Positions 1 to 7,448 of a stretch of DNA of 39,236 nt are shown here, piece after piece (positions within the stretch are counted from its first letter, which is position 1; the number at the start of each line of letters is the position of its first letter). Origin of the DNA: Armatimonadota bacterium (GTDB lineage: Bacteria > Armatimonadota > Zipacnadia > Zipacnadales > UBA5352). The notes under the pieces were generated by a model, which did no database searches, was not told the DNA's origin, and saw only the letters and a program-made list of their open reading frames with translations. Made by a program: the position numbers and the translations under genes. The stretch spans positions 1 through 39,236 of the forward strand of contig JAYENL010000111.1 in the NCBI GenBank assembly GCA_034722055.1. Direction: 5' to 3'.

Positions 1-224
1 CTCCCCCTCTCTCGCCTGCGGCGAAGCCGCCGTCGTTCCGTGGCACGGACACTCCTGTCCGTGCGCCGTGTGCCGTGCGCCGTTCTCCCCCTCTCCGGCC
101 TGCGGCGAAGCCGCCGTCGTTCCGTGGCACGGACACTCCTGTCCGTGCGCCGTGTGCCGTGCGCCGTTCTCCCCCTCTCCGGCCTGCGGCGAAGCCGCCA
201 GGGAGAGGGGGCCGGGGGATGAGG
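1..224. repeat. 84-bp tandem repeat (2 copies plus a partial third) built of REP-like palindromes, 3' of uvrC
   Basis: Units 1-84 and 85-168 are 82/84 identical; a third starts at 169. Each full unit has GCGGC-GAA-GCCGC and a GTGG-led palindrome GCACGGACA-CTCC-TGTCCGTGC (43-64, 127-148). The last unit closes as CCCCCTCTCC...GGAGAGGGGG (171-211). Confidence 0.9.
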
Positions 225-229
225 CGCCG

Positions 230-2140
230 TCAGCCGTCCTCGCCGTACTCCTCAAGCAGCTCATGCACGGCCTCGGCCGCGTTCTGCGTCATCCCCGGCA
301 CCGCTGCCAGCTCCTCCACTGACGCCCGGGCGATGGCATCGATCGAGCCGAAGCTGGTCAGCAGCATGTTCCGCCGCGCGGGGCCGATGCCCGTCGCCTC
401 CTCCAGCACCGACTCCGTCAGCCGCTTCTCCCGCACGCCCCGGTGGTGACTGATGGCGAAGCGGTGCGCCTCGTCGCGCATCCGCTGCAGCAGCATCCGT
501 GCCTCCGGGTAATCGGTCATGTCCACCGGATCGCTCTCCTCGGGGACGAAGACCTCCTCCTCGCGCTTGGCAAGCGACGCCACCGGCACATCGTCGATCT
601 CCCACGCCTTCAGCGCCTGTGCCGCTACGCCGAGCTGCCCCTTCCCCCCGTCCACGACCAGCAGCTCCGGCAGCGGCAGGAACTTCTCGTCGCCCTCGGC
701 CGCGCGCCGCAGCCGTCGCTGCAGCATCTCCTCCATCATCGCGAAGTCGTCAGGCTTGCCCTCCGTCGCCCGCATCCGGAACCGCCGGTAGGAGCTCTTC
801 TCCGGCAGGCCGTCGCCGAACACCACCATCGACCCCGTGCTCTCCCGCCCCTGCGTGGTGGAGATATCGTAGCACTCCATCCGCTGCGGTGGCTCATCCA
901 GACCCAGTGCCTCCGCGAGCTGCGCCAGGGCCTCTCGCGCTCGCTGCTCCTCGGCCGATCCGGCCTCCCGCTTCAGCGCCAGCTCCGCGTTGTGCACGGC
1001 AAGCTCCGCGAGGCGCCTCTTCTCGCCGCGCTGAGGAGTGCTCACCCGCACCTTCAGCCCGCGGACCTGGCTCAGCACCGCCCCCCAGCCCTCCGCATCC
1101 TCGATCCCGTGTCCCAGCAGCACCTCCCGCGGCACATGCGCCTCGCTGTAGTACCGCCCCAGGAACTCCTGCAGCACCTCCCTCGGCTCCCGGCCCCCTA
1201 CATCCGTCAGCGTGTACTGCTCCTTCTCCAGCAGCCGTCCCCGCCGCACCGACAGGATCGCCACGACCGCGCGGCCGTTCTCCACGGCGACGCCAATGGC
1301 ATCCTGCTCCCGCTCCTCGGTGGCCACCATGAGCTGGCTCTCGGTCACCTTCTCGACCGCCTGGAGCCGGTCTCGCAGTTGCGCCGCCCGCTCGAAATCC
1401 AGCTTCCCCGCCGCCTGCTCCATGTCCCGCCGCAGCCGCTCGATCACCTCACCAGACTTGCCGGACAAGAACAGCGCCACCTCATCGCAGATCTCCCCGT
1501 ACTCCTCCGGCGTGACCTCGCCGGTGCACGGTCCCACGCAGCGGTCGATGTAGTAATTCAGGCACGGCCGGCCGCACGGCTCCCCCGTCAGCTTCCGCCG
1601 GCAGCTCCGCAGGCCGAAGAGCTGCTGTACCACTCGCATGGTCTTGCGCATCGACGACGCGCTCGGGAACGGGCCGAACAGCCGGCCCTCCCGCAGACTC
1701 AGCACCTCGTGCTGGTGCGGATCGTGCAGCCCCCGCTTCTGCTCATAGCGGCCCGGCATCTTCACGTGCGCGTCCGGCGGCAGGTCCCGCACCACGATCA
1801 GCCGCGGATACATCTCATCCGTCAGCCTCAGGTACGGGTAGCTCTTGTCATCGGCCAGCTTGATGTTGAACCGGGGCTGATGCTCCTTGATGAGGTTATA
1901 CTCCAGCGTCATCGCTTCGAGGTCCGAGCGCGTGACGATGAAGTCGAAGTCCGCCGCCGTCTGCACCATCCGCGCCGCCCACGGGCTGTGCTTCTCCTCG
2001 TCACGGAACCACTGCTGCAGCCGCTTGCGCAGGGAGGCGGCCTTACCGGCGTAGATGACCTCCCCCACCTCATCCAGCATCGTGTAGGCCCCAGGCTCAT
2101 CGGGAACCGTCTGCAGCTTCTCGCGTATCTTCTCACGCAT
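230..2140 (-). CDS. uvrC: Excinuclease ABC subunit C
   Basis: N-terminal GIY-YIG (PGAY...IYAGKA; LIKEHQPRFNI), Cys cluster, UVR motif (FERAAQLRD), RNase H-like domain (ECYDIS; VDGGKGQL; RDEAHRFAI), C-terminal HhH (GIGPARR). Confidence 0.98.
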   Translation of the reverse strand: MREKIREKLQTVPDEPGAYTMLDEVGEVIYAGKAASLRKRLQQWFRDEEKHSPWAARMVQTAADFDFIVTRSDLEAMTLEYNLIKEHQPRFNIKLADDKSYPYLRLTDEMYPRLIVVRDLPPDAHVKMPGRYEQKRGLHDPHQHEVLSLREGRLFGPFPSASSMRKTMRVVQQLFGLRSCRRKLTGEPCGRPCLNYYIDRCVGPCTGEVTPEEYGEICDEVALFLSGKSGEVIERLRRDMEQAAGKLDFERAAQLRDRLQAVEKVTESQLMVATEEREQDAIGVAVENGRAVVAILSVRRGRLLEKEQYTLTDVGGREPREVLQEFLGRYYSEAHVPREVLLGHGIEDAEGWGAVLSQVRGLKVRVSTPQRGEKRRLAELAVHNAELALKREAGSAEEQRAREALAQLAEALGLDEPPQRMECYDISTTQGRESTGSMVVFGDGLPEKSSYRRFRMRATEGKPDDFAMMEEMLQRRLRRAAEGDEKFLPLPELLVVDGGKGQLGVAAQALKAWEIDDVPVASLAKREEEVFVPEESDPVDMTDYPEARMLLQRMRDEAHRFAISHHRGVREKRLTESVLEEATGIGPARRNMLLTSFGSIDAIARASVEELAAVPGMTQNAAEAVHELLEEYGEDG

Positions 2141-2143
2141 CGT

Positions 2144-4138
2144 CTACTTCTGCGCCGCCGCCTTGGTGCGCAGCTCCTCGATCTCGTCTCGCAGCTCCGC
2201 GGCCCGCTCGAACTCCAGGTCCTCCGCCGCCGACCTCATCTCCTCCTCCAGCGCCTGGATGAGCGCATCCAGGTCAGCCGCCGCCAGCTCTCCGACGACC
2301 TCCTCCGGAACCGTCCGCTCCGCCTCCTCCGCGATCTGCTCATGGAAGCGGATGACGTCCCTCACGGCCTTCTTGATCGTCTCCGGCGTGATTCCGTGCT
2401 CCTCGTTGTAGGCGATCTGCTTCTCCCGCCGGCGCTCGGTCTCGTCGATGGCACGCTGCATGGAGTCCGTGATCTCGTCCGCGTACATGATGACCTTGCC
2501 CTCGACGTTCCTGGCCGCGCGGCCCATCGTCTGGATCAGCGAGGTGTCCGAGCGCAGGAACCCCTCCCGGTCCGCATCCAGTATCGCCACCAGCGAGACC
2601 TCTGGCAGGTCCAGCCCCTCCCGCAGCAGGTTGATCCCCACCAGCACGTCAAAGGTCCCCAGCCGCAGGTCCCGCAGCAGCTCGGTGCGCTCGATGGTCT
2701 CGATGTCCGAGTGCAGGTAGTGCACTCGAATGTCAAGCTCCGCCAGATAATCCGTCAGGTCCTCCGCCATCCGCTTCGTCAGCGTGGTCACCAGCACCCG
2801 CTGGCCCTTCTCGGCCCGCTCCCGAATCTCGCCGATGAGGTCGTCGATCTGCCCCGTCGTGGGCCGCACCTCCACCGCCGGATCCACCAGACCCGTGGGC
2901 CGAATCACCAGCTCCACCACCTGCGAGGCGTGCTCCAACTCATAGTCACCCGGCGTTGCCGAGGTGTAGATGACCTGTCCGACCCGGTCCTCCCACTCCC
3001 CGAAGGTCAGCGGCCGGTTGTCCAGCGCACACGGCAGCCGGAAGCCGTGCCACACCAGGCTCACCTTCCGCGAGCGGTCGCCGTGATACATGGCCTGGAT
3101 CTGCGGGATCGTCTGGTGAGACTCGTCCACGATCAGCAGCTTGTCCTCCGGGAAGTAGTCCATGAGCGTGTAGGGCGCCTCCCCGGGCTTCCGGCCGTCG
3201 AAGTGCCGGGAGTAGTTCTCGATCCCCGTGCAGTAGCCCACCTCCCGGATCATCTCCAGGTCGTACATGGTGCGCTGCTCCAGCCGTTGCGCCTCCAGCA
3301 GCATGTCCTCACGATAGAAGAACTCCAGCCGTTCCTTCAGCTCCCGCTCGATGGCCCGCAGCGCATTCTCGGTCCGCTGCCTCGACGCCACGAAGTGCGT
3401 GGCCGGAAACACCACCGTGCTCTGCTTCTCCTCCACGATCTCCCCCGTAAGCTGGTCGATGACCATGATGCGGTCGATCTCATCGCCCCACATCTCCACT
3501 CGGACGACCTCGTCCTCGTCCATGGGCGTGATCTCGATGACATCTCCTCGCACCCGGAAGGTCCCCCGGCGCGGCTCATAGTCATTGCGCATGAACTGCA
3601 TCTTCACGAGCTGCTCGAGGATGGCGTCGCGGTCAATGCTCTGCCCCACTGTCAGCCGCAGCGTGACCTCCTCGTACTGCTCCGGCGACCCCAGACCGAA
3701 GATGCACGACACCGAGGCCACAACCACCACGTCCCGCCGCTCCATCACCGCCTGCGTCGCCGAGTGCCGCAGCCGATCGATCTCCTCGTTGATCTGCGAG
3801 TCCTTCTCAATGTAGGTATCCGTGCTTGGCAGATACGCCTCCGGCTGGTAGTAGTCGTAGTAGCTCACGAAGAACTCCACCGCGTTGCTCGGGAAGAACT
3901 CCCGGAACTCCGCACACAACTGCGCCGCCAGGGTCTTATTGTGTGCGATCACCAGGGTCGGCTTCTGCACCTCCTCGATCACCTTAGCCATGGTATAGGT
4001 CTTCCCCGACCCGGTGATGCCCTGCAGCACCTGGTGCTCTTCGCCCTTGCGGATGCCCTCCGCAAGCCTCTCGATGGCCTGCGGCTGATCCCCCCGGGGC
4101 TCGAATTCAGACACGACCTCAAGCTTTCGCATCGTCAC
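2144..4138 (-). CDS. uvrB: Excinuclease ABC subunit B
   Basis: GDQPQAI, Walker [18 protein letters not shown], beta-hairpin [37 protein letters not shown]-terminal UVR domain. Start GTG 4138 or ATG 4132. Confidence 0.99.
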   Translation of the reverse strand: MTMRKLEVVSEFEPRGDQPQAIERLAEGIRKGEEHQVLQGITGSGKTYTMAKVIEEVQKPTLVIAHNKTLAAQLCAEFREFFPSNAVEFFVSYYDYYQPEAYLPSTDTYIEKDSQINEEIDRLRHSATQAVMERRDVVVVASVSCIFGLGSPEQYEEVTLRLTVGQSIDRDAILEQLVKMQFMRNDYEPRRGTFRVRGDVIEITPMDEDEVVRVEMWGDEIDRIMVIDQLTGEIVEEKQSTVVFPATHFVASRQRTENALRAIERELKERLEFFYREDMLLEAQRLEQRTMYDLEMIREVGYCTGIENYSRHFDGRKPGEAPYTLMDYFPEDKLLIVDESHQTIPQIQAMYHGDRSRKVSLVWHGFRLPCALDNRPLTFGEWEDRVGQVIYTSATPGDYELEHASQVVELVIRPTGLVDPAVEVRPTTGQIDDLIGEIRERAEKGQRVLVTTLTKRMAEDLTDYLAELDIRVHYLHSDIETIERTELLRDLRLGTFDVLVGINLLREGLDLPEVSLVAILDADREGFLRSDTSLIQTMGRAARNVEGKVIMYADEITDSMQRAIDETERRREKQIAYNEEHGITPETIKKAVRDVIRFHEQIAEEAERTVPEEVVGELAAADLDALIQALEEEMRSAAEDLEFERAAELRDEIEELRTKAAAQK

Positions 4139-4194
4139 TCATCCACGACAGCAGTGCCCGCGCCACCGGCCGATGGCGCGCCTGACCTCTCCTC

Positions 4195-4205
4195 ATGATA
4201 GCACA
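4195..4205 (-). promoter_or_regulatory. Putative extended -10 promoter (TGTG-c-TATCAT) for uvrBC
   Basis: Minus strand reads TGTGCTATCAT about 57 nt upstream of the uvrB start; same form as other promoters in the window; no strong -35. Confidence 0.5.
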
Positions 4206-4243
4206 CGCCACGTCTTCAGGGAATCACGTCGCGGCCTACCGTA

Positions 4244-6211
4244 CTAGAACCCCAGGCCCATCGTCTCGCCGAACTCCAGCGAGATCCGCCCCGTGGCCTC
4301 AGACCATCGCAGCCCGATCTCGGTACCGCCAATCTCCCGCGCCACCGTGACCTCGTAGTCGTCGTAGTCCCCCGACTCCACCTGATAGTACGTCGCCGCC
4401 AGGCCCAGTCGCCAGCGGTCGTCAATGAGGTAATCGACCAGCCCGAAGGCGTACAGCTCGTCATCGCTCAGGTCGTAGGTGCCTGTCATGAAGCTGCTCA
4501 GGTTCAGGCCGTGATAGGCTCGCACGTCCAGGTTCAGCAGGTGCTCGTAGCCCTCGGCCTCATCCCCGCTGGTGAACTGCCCCTGGTAGGATAGGCGGAT
4601 CGACTTGTCACTACTGACGACCTGGCGCAGTTGCAGTTCACCCCGCAACGAGTTCCGCTGAAAGCCCCCCGTGTCCCACGTGAACAGGTCGCTGACGGAC
4701 GGCCGGAGGGACGTTCGCTCACCCAGATGCGTCCGCGGGAAATCCACCGCCGAATAGACCTGGTGCTCTCCCACCACTCCGCTGTCGAACGCCGCTACGT
4801 GGCGCAACCCCACCGCCGTCCCCACCCGGTAGCTCGCGTTCCACGAGCCCAGCGGCTGGTTCATCGTCAGCCAGTCGGCGGAGGCGCCCCACGAGATGTC
4901 CTCGCCCCGCGGCCGCTGCAGCGACGCCGTCAGATTCAGCCGCCGATCGCCCCACCACTCGTAAATGTTGGCATCCGCGAAGTAGCTCTCGTGATCGGGC
5001 GAATAGGCCGTGAAGTGCCCATCCCGGCGATCCCCCAGCGCCCGCCGGTCCCGCCATTCGAACCCCCAATCGTCTCGCGGCAATCCCAGCAGGCTGATGT
5101 GCCCTTCGGTCCCACCAGTGTCGTAGGCCTCCTCCAGAGCTAGCGACCAGTCGTCTCGCGCCATCACGCTCCCCGATGTCGCCCCGTTCTGCAGCTTCAC
5201 CGCCCCGGTTCGCGTCTCGGTCACCCGGTAGAAGTAGGGAAAGTCCACCGCTATGTCACCCTCCGAGGTGACGCCCAGCACCCGCGAGTGCGTCGTCCCC
5301 GTGTAGCCCGGCATGGCGATGATCCAGTAGTTGGGGAGATCCACCACCTTCTTCGCGCCCGCGTAGAGCGTCGCATCCCTCAGCACGACCTTCTCATGCG
5401 GATGCACCGACACACCGCCGGCAACCGCCCAGGCCACGGCGTCGGCCGTCGCCAGCGCGAACTCCTGTCCCCGAATCTCCTCCTCGGGCTCCCGCTCCTC
5501 AAGGCTGTAGCAGTCGAAGCAGAAACGCTCCACCCCCGTGTCGCTCATCCTCCTGAGCACGCCCTGCCCACTCATCAGGTCGTAGCTGATCGCGTCGGCC
5601 TCCAGTGACCGGTCGCCCACCTCAATCCGCACGTTGTGGGCCTTCAACGTCAGCCGTCGCACGTCCATCTGCACTACGTCCCGAGCCTTGATGAGCACGC
5701 CGCTGAACTCGATCTCGGCGTTGTCGCGCGCCTCCACCAGTCCAAGATCCAGGGCATAGCCGATCCACGTGTTCGGAGAGCCGGAGCGGATATGCGCCAC
5801 CGCTACCGCACCCAGCAGCGAGCTCCCCTCCTCCACGAACGCCACGGTAGTGCGGTTCTTGCCCTCTCCGGTCGTCAGCTCCGCGTATACCGTCGCGACC
5901 CCAGGCTCGCTGCTGGTCGCATAGACCGTCGCTCCGCCCGCCACAGTGGTCGTCGTGATGACCTGCCGACGCTCATCCCCCTGCAGGCTGAGCTGCCCGC
6001 CCTCCATCCTGAAGACCACCGTCGTCCCGTCTACCACCGGTCGCCCGGTCGCGTCCCGGAACTCCGCGCGGATCGTCGAGGCCGACTTCCCGTCCGCCGG
6101 CACCACTCGCGGCGTGGGCCACAGGCTCACCTGCACCCCGGCGAACCGTGGCGTCTGACCCCAGGCGATGCCGCAACACACCGCGGCGGTCAGCGCAAGC
6201 GTGCGTCTGAT
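4244..6211 (-). CDS. Outer-membrane protein: signal peptide, invasin/intimin-type Ig (Big_1-like) domain, OstA/LptD-like jellyroll and beta-barrel
   Basis: VPADGKSASTIRAEFRDATGRPVVDGTTVVF is Big_1-like; VEARDNAEIEFSG...LEADAISYDL and VSVHPHEKVVLRDATLYAG...LPNY are LptD-like; amphipathic beta-strands follow; ends in Phe (GLGF). The ORF track starts at GTG 6181, but the RBS and signal peptide point to ATC at 6211. Confidence 0.7.
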   Translation of the reverse strand: MRRTLALTAAVCCGIAWGQTPRFAGVQVSLWPTPRVVPADGKSASTIRAEFRDATGRPVVDGTTVVFRMEGGQLSLQGDERRQVITTTTVAGGATVYATSSEPGVATVYAELTTGEGKNRTTVAFVEEGSSLLGAVAVAHIRSGSPNTWIGYALDLGLVEARDNAEIEFSGVLIKARDVVQMDVRRLTLKAHNVRIEVGDRSLEADAISYDLMSGQGVLRRMSDTGVERFCFDCYSLEEREPEEEIRGQEFALATADAVAWAVAGGVSVHPHEKVVLRDATLYAGAKKVVDLPNYWIIAMPGYTGTTHSRVLGVTSEGDIAVDFPYFYRVTETRTGAVKLQNGATSGSVMARDDWSLALEEAYDTGGTEGHISLLGLPRDDWGFEWRDRRALGDRRDGHFTAYSPDHESYFADANIYEWWGDRRLNLTASLQRPRGEDISWGASADWLTMNQPLGSWNASYRVGTAVGLRHVAAFDSGVVGEHQVYSAVDFPRTHLGERTSLRPSVSDLFTWDTGGFQRNSLRGELQLRQVVSSDKSIRLSYQGQFTSGDEAEGYEHLLNLDVRAYHGLNLSSFMTGTYDLSDDELYAFGLVDYLIDDRWRLGLAATYYQVESGDYDDYEVTVAREIGGTEIGLRWSEATGRISLEFGETMGLGF

Positions 6212-6233
6212 AACAGATCCTCCCTTAATCGAT

Positions 6234-6266
6234 GCTGCCCGCGGCTAGGTCTCCGCCGCGGGCAGC
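6234..6266. other. Perfect 12-bp GC stem-loop inside the operon, no U-tract on the coding strand
   Basis: GCTGCCCGCGGC (6234-6245) / GCCGCGGGCAGC (6255-6266), 9-nt loop, directly 5' of the RBS of the barrel gene. Confidence 0.8.
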
Positions 6267-6310
6267 TTGTCTGCTTCAGCTTTGACGGACGAATCCCCGT
6301 CCAGGTTCCG

Positions 6311-7381
6311 CTATCCGGGGAACACCACGGAGTCGAACTCCGCCCACGGCGACGGGCCGGTCGTCGTGAACTGGGCCCGAATCCGGTACCGGTAGCTCAC
6401 ACCCTCATCCACCTCGAAGTCCGCGAAGCTGGTGTCATCCGCCAGCACATTCCCCTGCGACCCGGGCACCGGATTCCAGGTCGCACCGTTGTCCGTGGAC
6501 CGCTGCAGGTCGTAGCTCAGCACCGTCAACGTCGTGTTCGGAGGCTGCCAGAAGAGGCGGATGGCCGCCGGTTCGATCTGCAGGTCGCCCGGTCGTGGCG
6601 GTACCTTCGTGGCCGTCGGGCCCGCCCCACCACCGCCATCATCTCCGGTCGCGATGATCAGGCCCATCACCGCCAGCGCCGCAATCGCCCACCGCCAGCT
6701 CTTATCCTCCTTCTTCGGGCCCTCCTCCGCGGCCAGCTCCTCTGCCGGCATTCCGGCCAGCACGCTGCTGGCCTTTCGCGCCGCGTCCCTCAACGCCTCC
6801 CGCACCAGCGGGGGGACGCTTCCGGTGTACGCCTCACGCTCTCGGCTCGTGCCTGAGACCCCGAACGTCTCGACGGGCTTGGGACTCTCCGCCACTTCCA
6901 TCGTGTCAGGGTCCACATTCCCCCGCACGTCGTAGCACCGCCCGTTCAGCAGCACCTCGGCCCGCAGCGGCTCCTCCAAGATCTCGACCGAATCCACCGT
7001 CGCCAGGCAGACCTCATCCACGTCCAGCGCGTACCCCAGCCGGATCGCGGTCACCGGATCCGTTACCTCCGCCTCAAGATCAACGGACCGGATCTGGCCT
7101 TCCTCGACTGCCCGCAGCACCATCGGTGCCGTCCTCGAGAACTCCGCCACACGCAGGCCAGCCACATCGCTCAGCGCCATCTGCAGATATGAGGTCGCCC
7201 AGGCGCTGAGATCCTCGTACCCGGCCTCGCTCCGGTCCAGGACGGGGTACAGCAGCAGCCTCTTCTGCGCCTGCGCCTCGGCGCGTGACATGACGCTCGT
7301 CGGAACCAGCAGGGCCAGCATCATCCCCGCAAGCACGATGCTTAGCGGTCCGACCAGCTTGCTGGATCTTATCGCCGTCAT
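6311..7381 (-). CDS. Exported protein: CsgG/TolB_N-like alpha/beta domain, internal hydrophobic helix, C-terminal fibronectin type III domain
   Basis: RBS AGGAG; signal peptide ending AEA|Q; RLLLYPVLDRS...AIRLGYALDVDEV; KKEDKSWRWAIAALAVMGLIIATGDDGGGG; Fn3 pattern IRLFWQPP...YDLQRS...YRYRIRA. Confidence 0.65.
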   Translation of the reverse strand: MTAIRSSKLVGPLSIVLAGMMLALLVPTSVMSRAEAQAQKRLLLYPVLDRSEAGYEDLSAWATSYLQMALSDVAGLRVAEFSRTAPMVLRAVEEGQIRSVDLEAEVTDPVTAIRLGYALDVDEVCLATVDSVEILEEPLRAEVLLNGRCYDVRGNVDPDTMEVAESPKPVETFGVSGTSREREAYTGSVPPLVREALRDAARKASSVLAGMPAEELAAEEGPKKEDKSWRWAIAALAVMGLIIATGDDGGGGAGPTATKVPPRPGDLQIEPAAIRLFWQPPNTTLTVLSYDLQRSTDNGATWNPVPGSQGNVLADDTSFADFEVDEGVSYRYRIRAQFTTTGPSPWAEFDSVVFPG

Positions 7382-7448
7382 TGTTGCATTCTCCTATCCT
7401 GTCCGCGTTCGGCCGCCTGGTAGTATTGCAGCGGCGACTCTGGCCCTC

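Noticed and set aside
1..200. Possible CRISPR array
   Set aside because: The whole 84-bp unit repeats with no unique spacers, and no cas genes are in the window.
443..4198. 1251-aa plus-strand ORF, and similar long antisense ORFs (10081-12189, 18054-19937, 25453-26967, 29038-31041, 34799-36418, 37488-38894)
   Set aside because: They lie antisense to clearly recognisable genes, have no motifs and are the shadow ORFs expected from high-GC codon bias.
4139..4243. LexA/SOS box upstream of uvrB
   Set aside because: No GAAC-N4-GTTC or CTGT-N8-ACAG is present; a lineage-specific box cannot be excluded.
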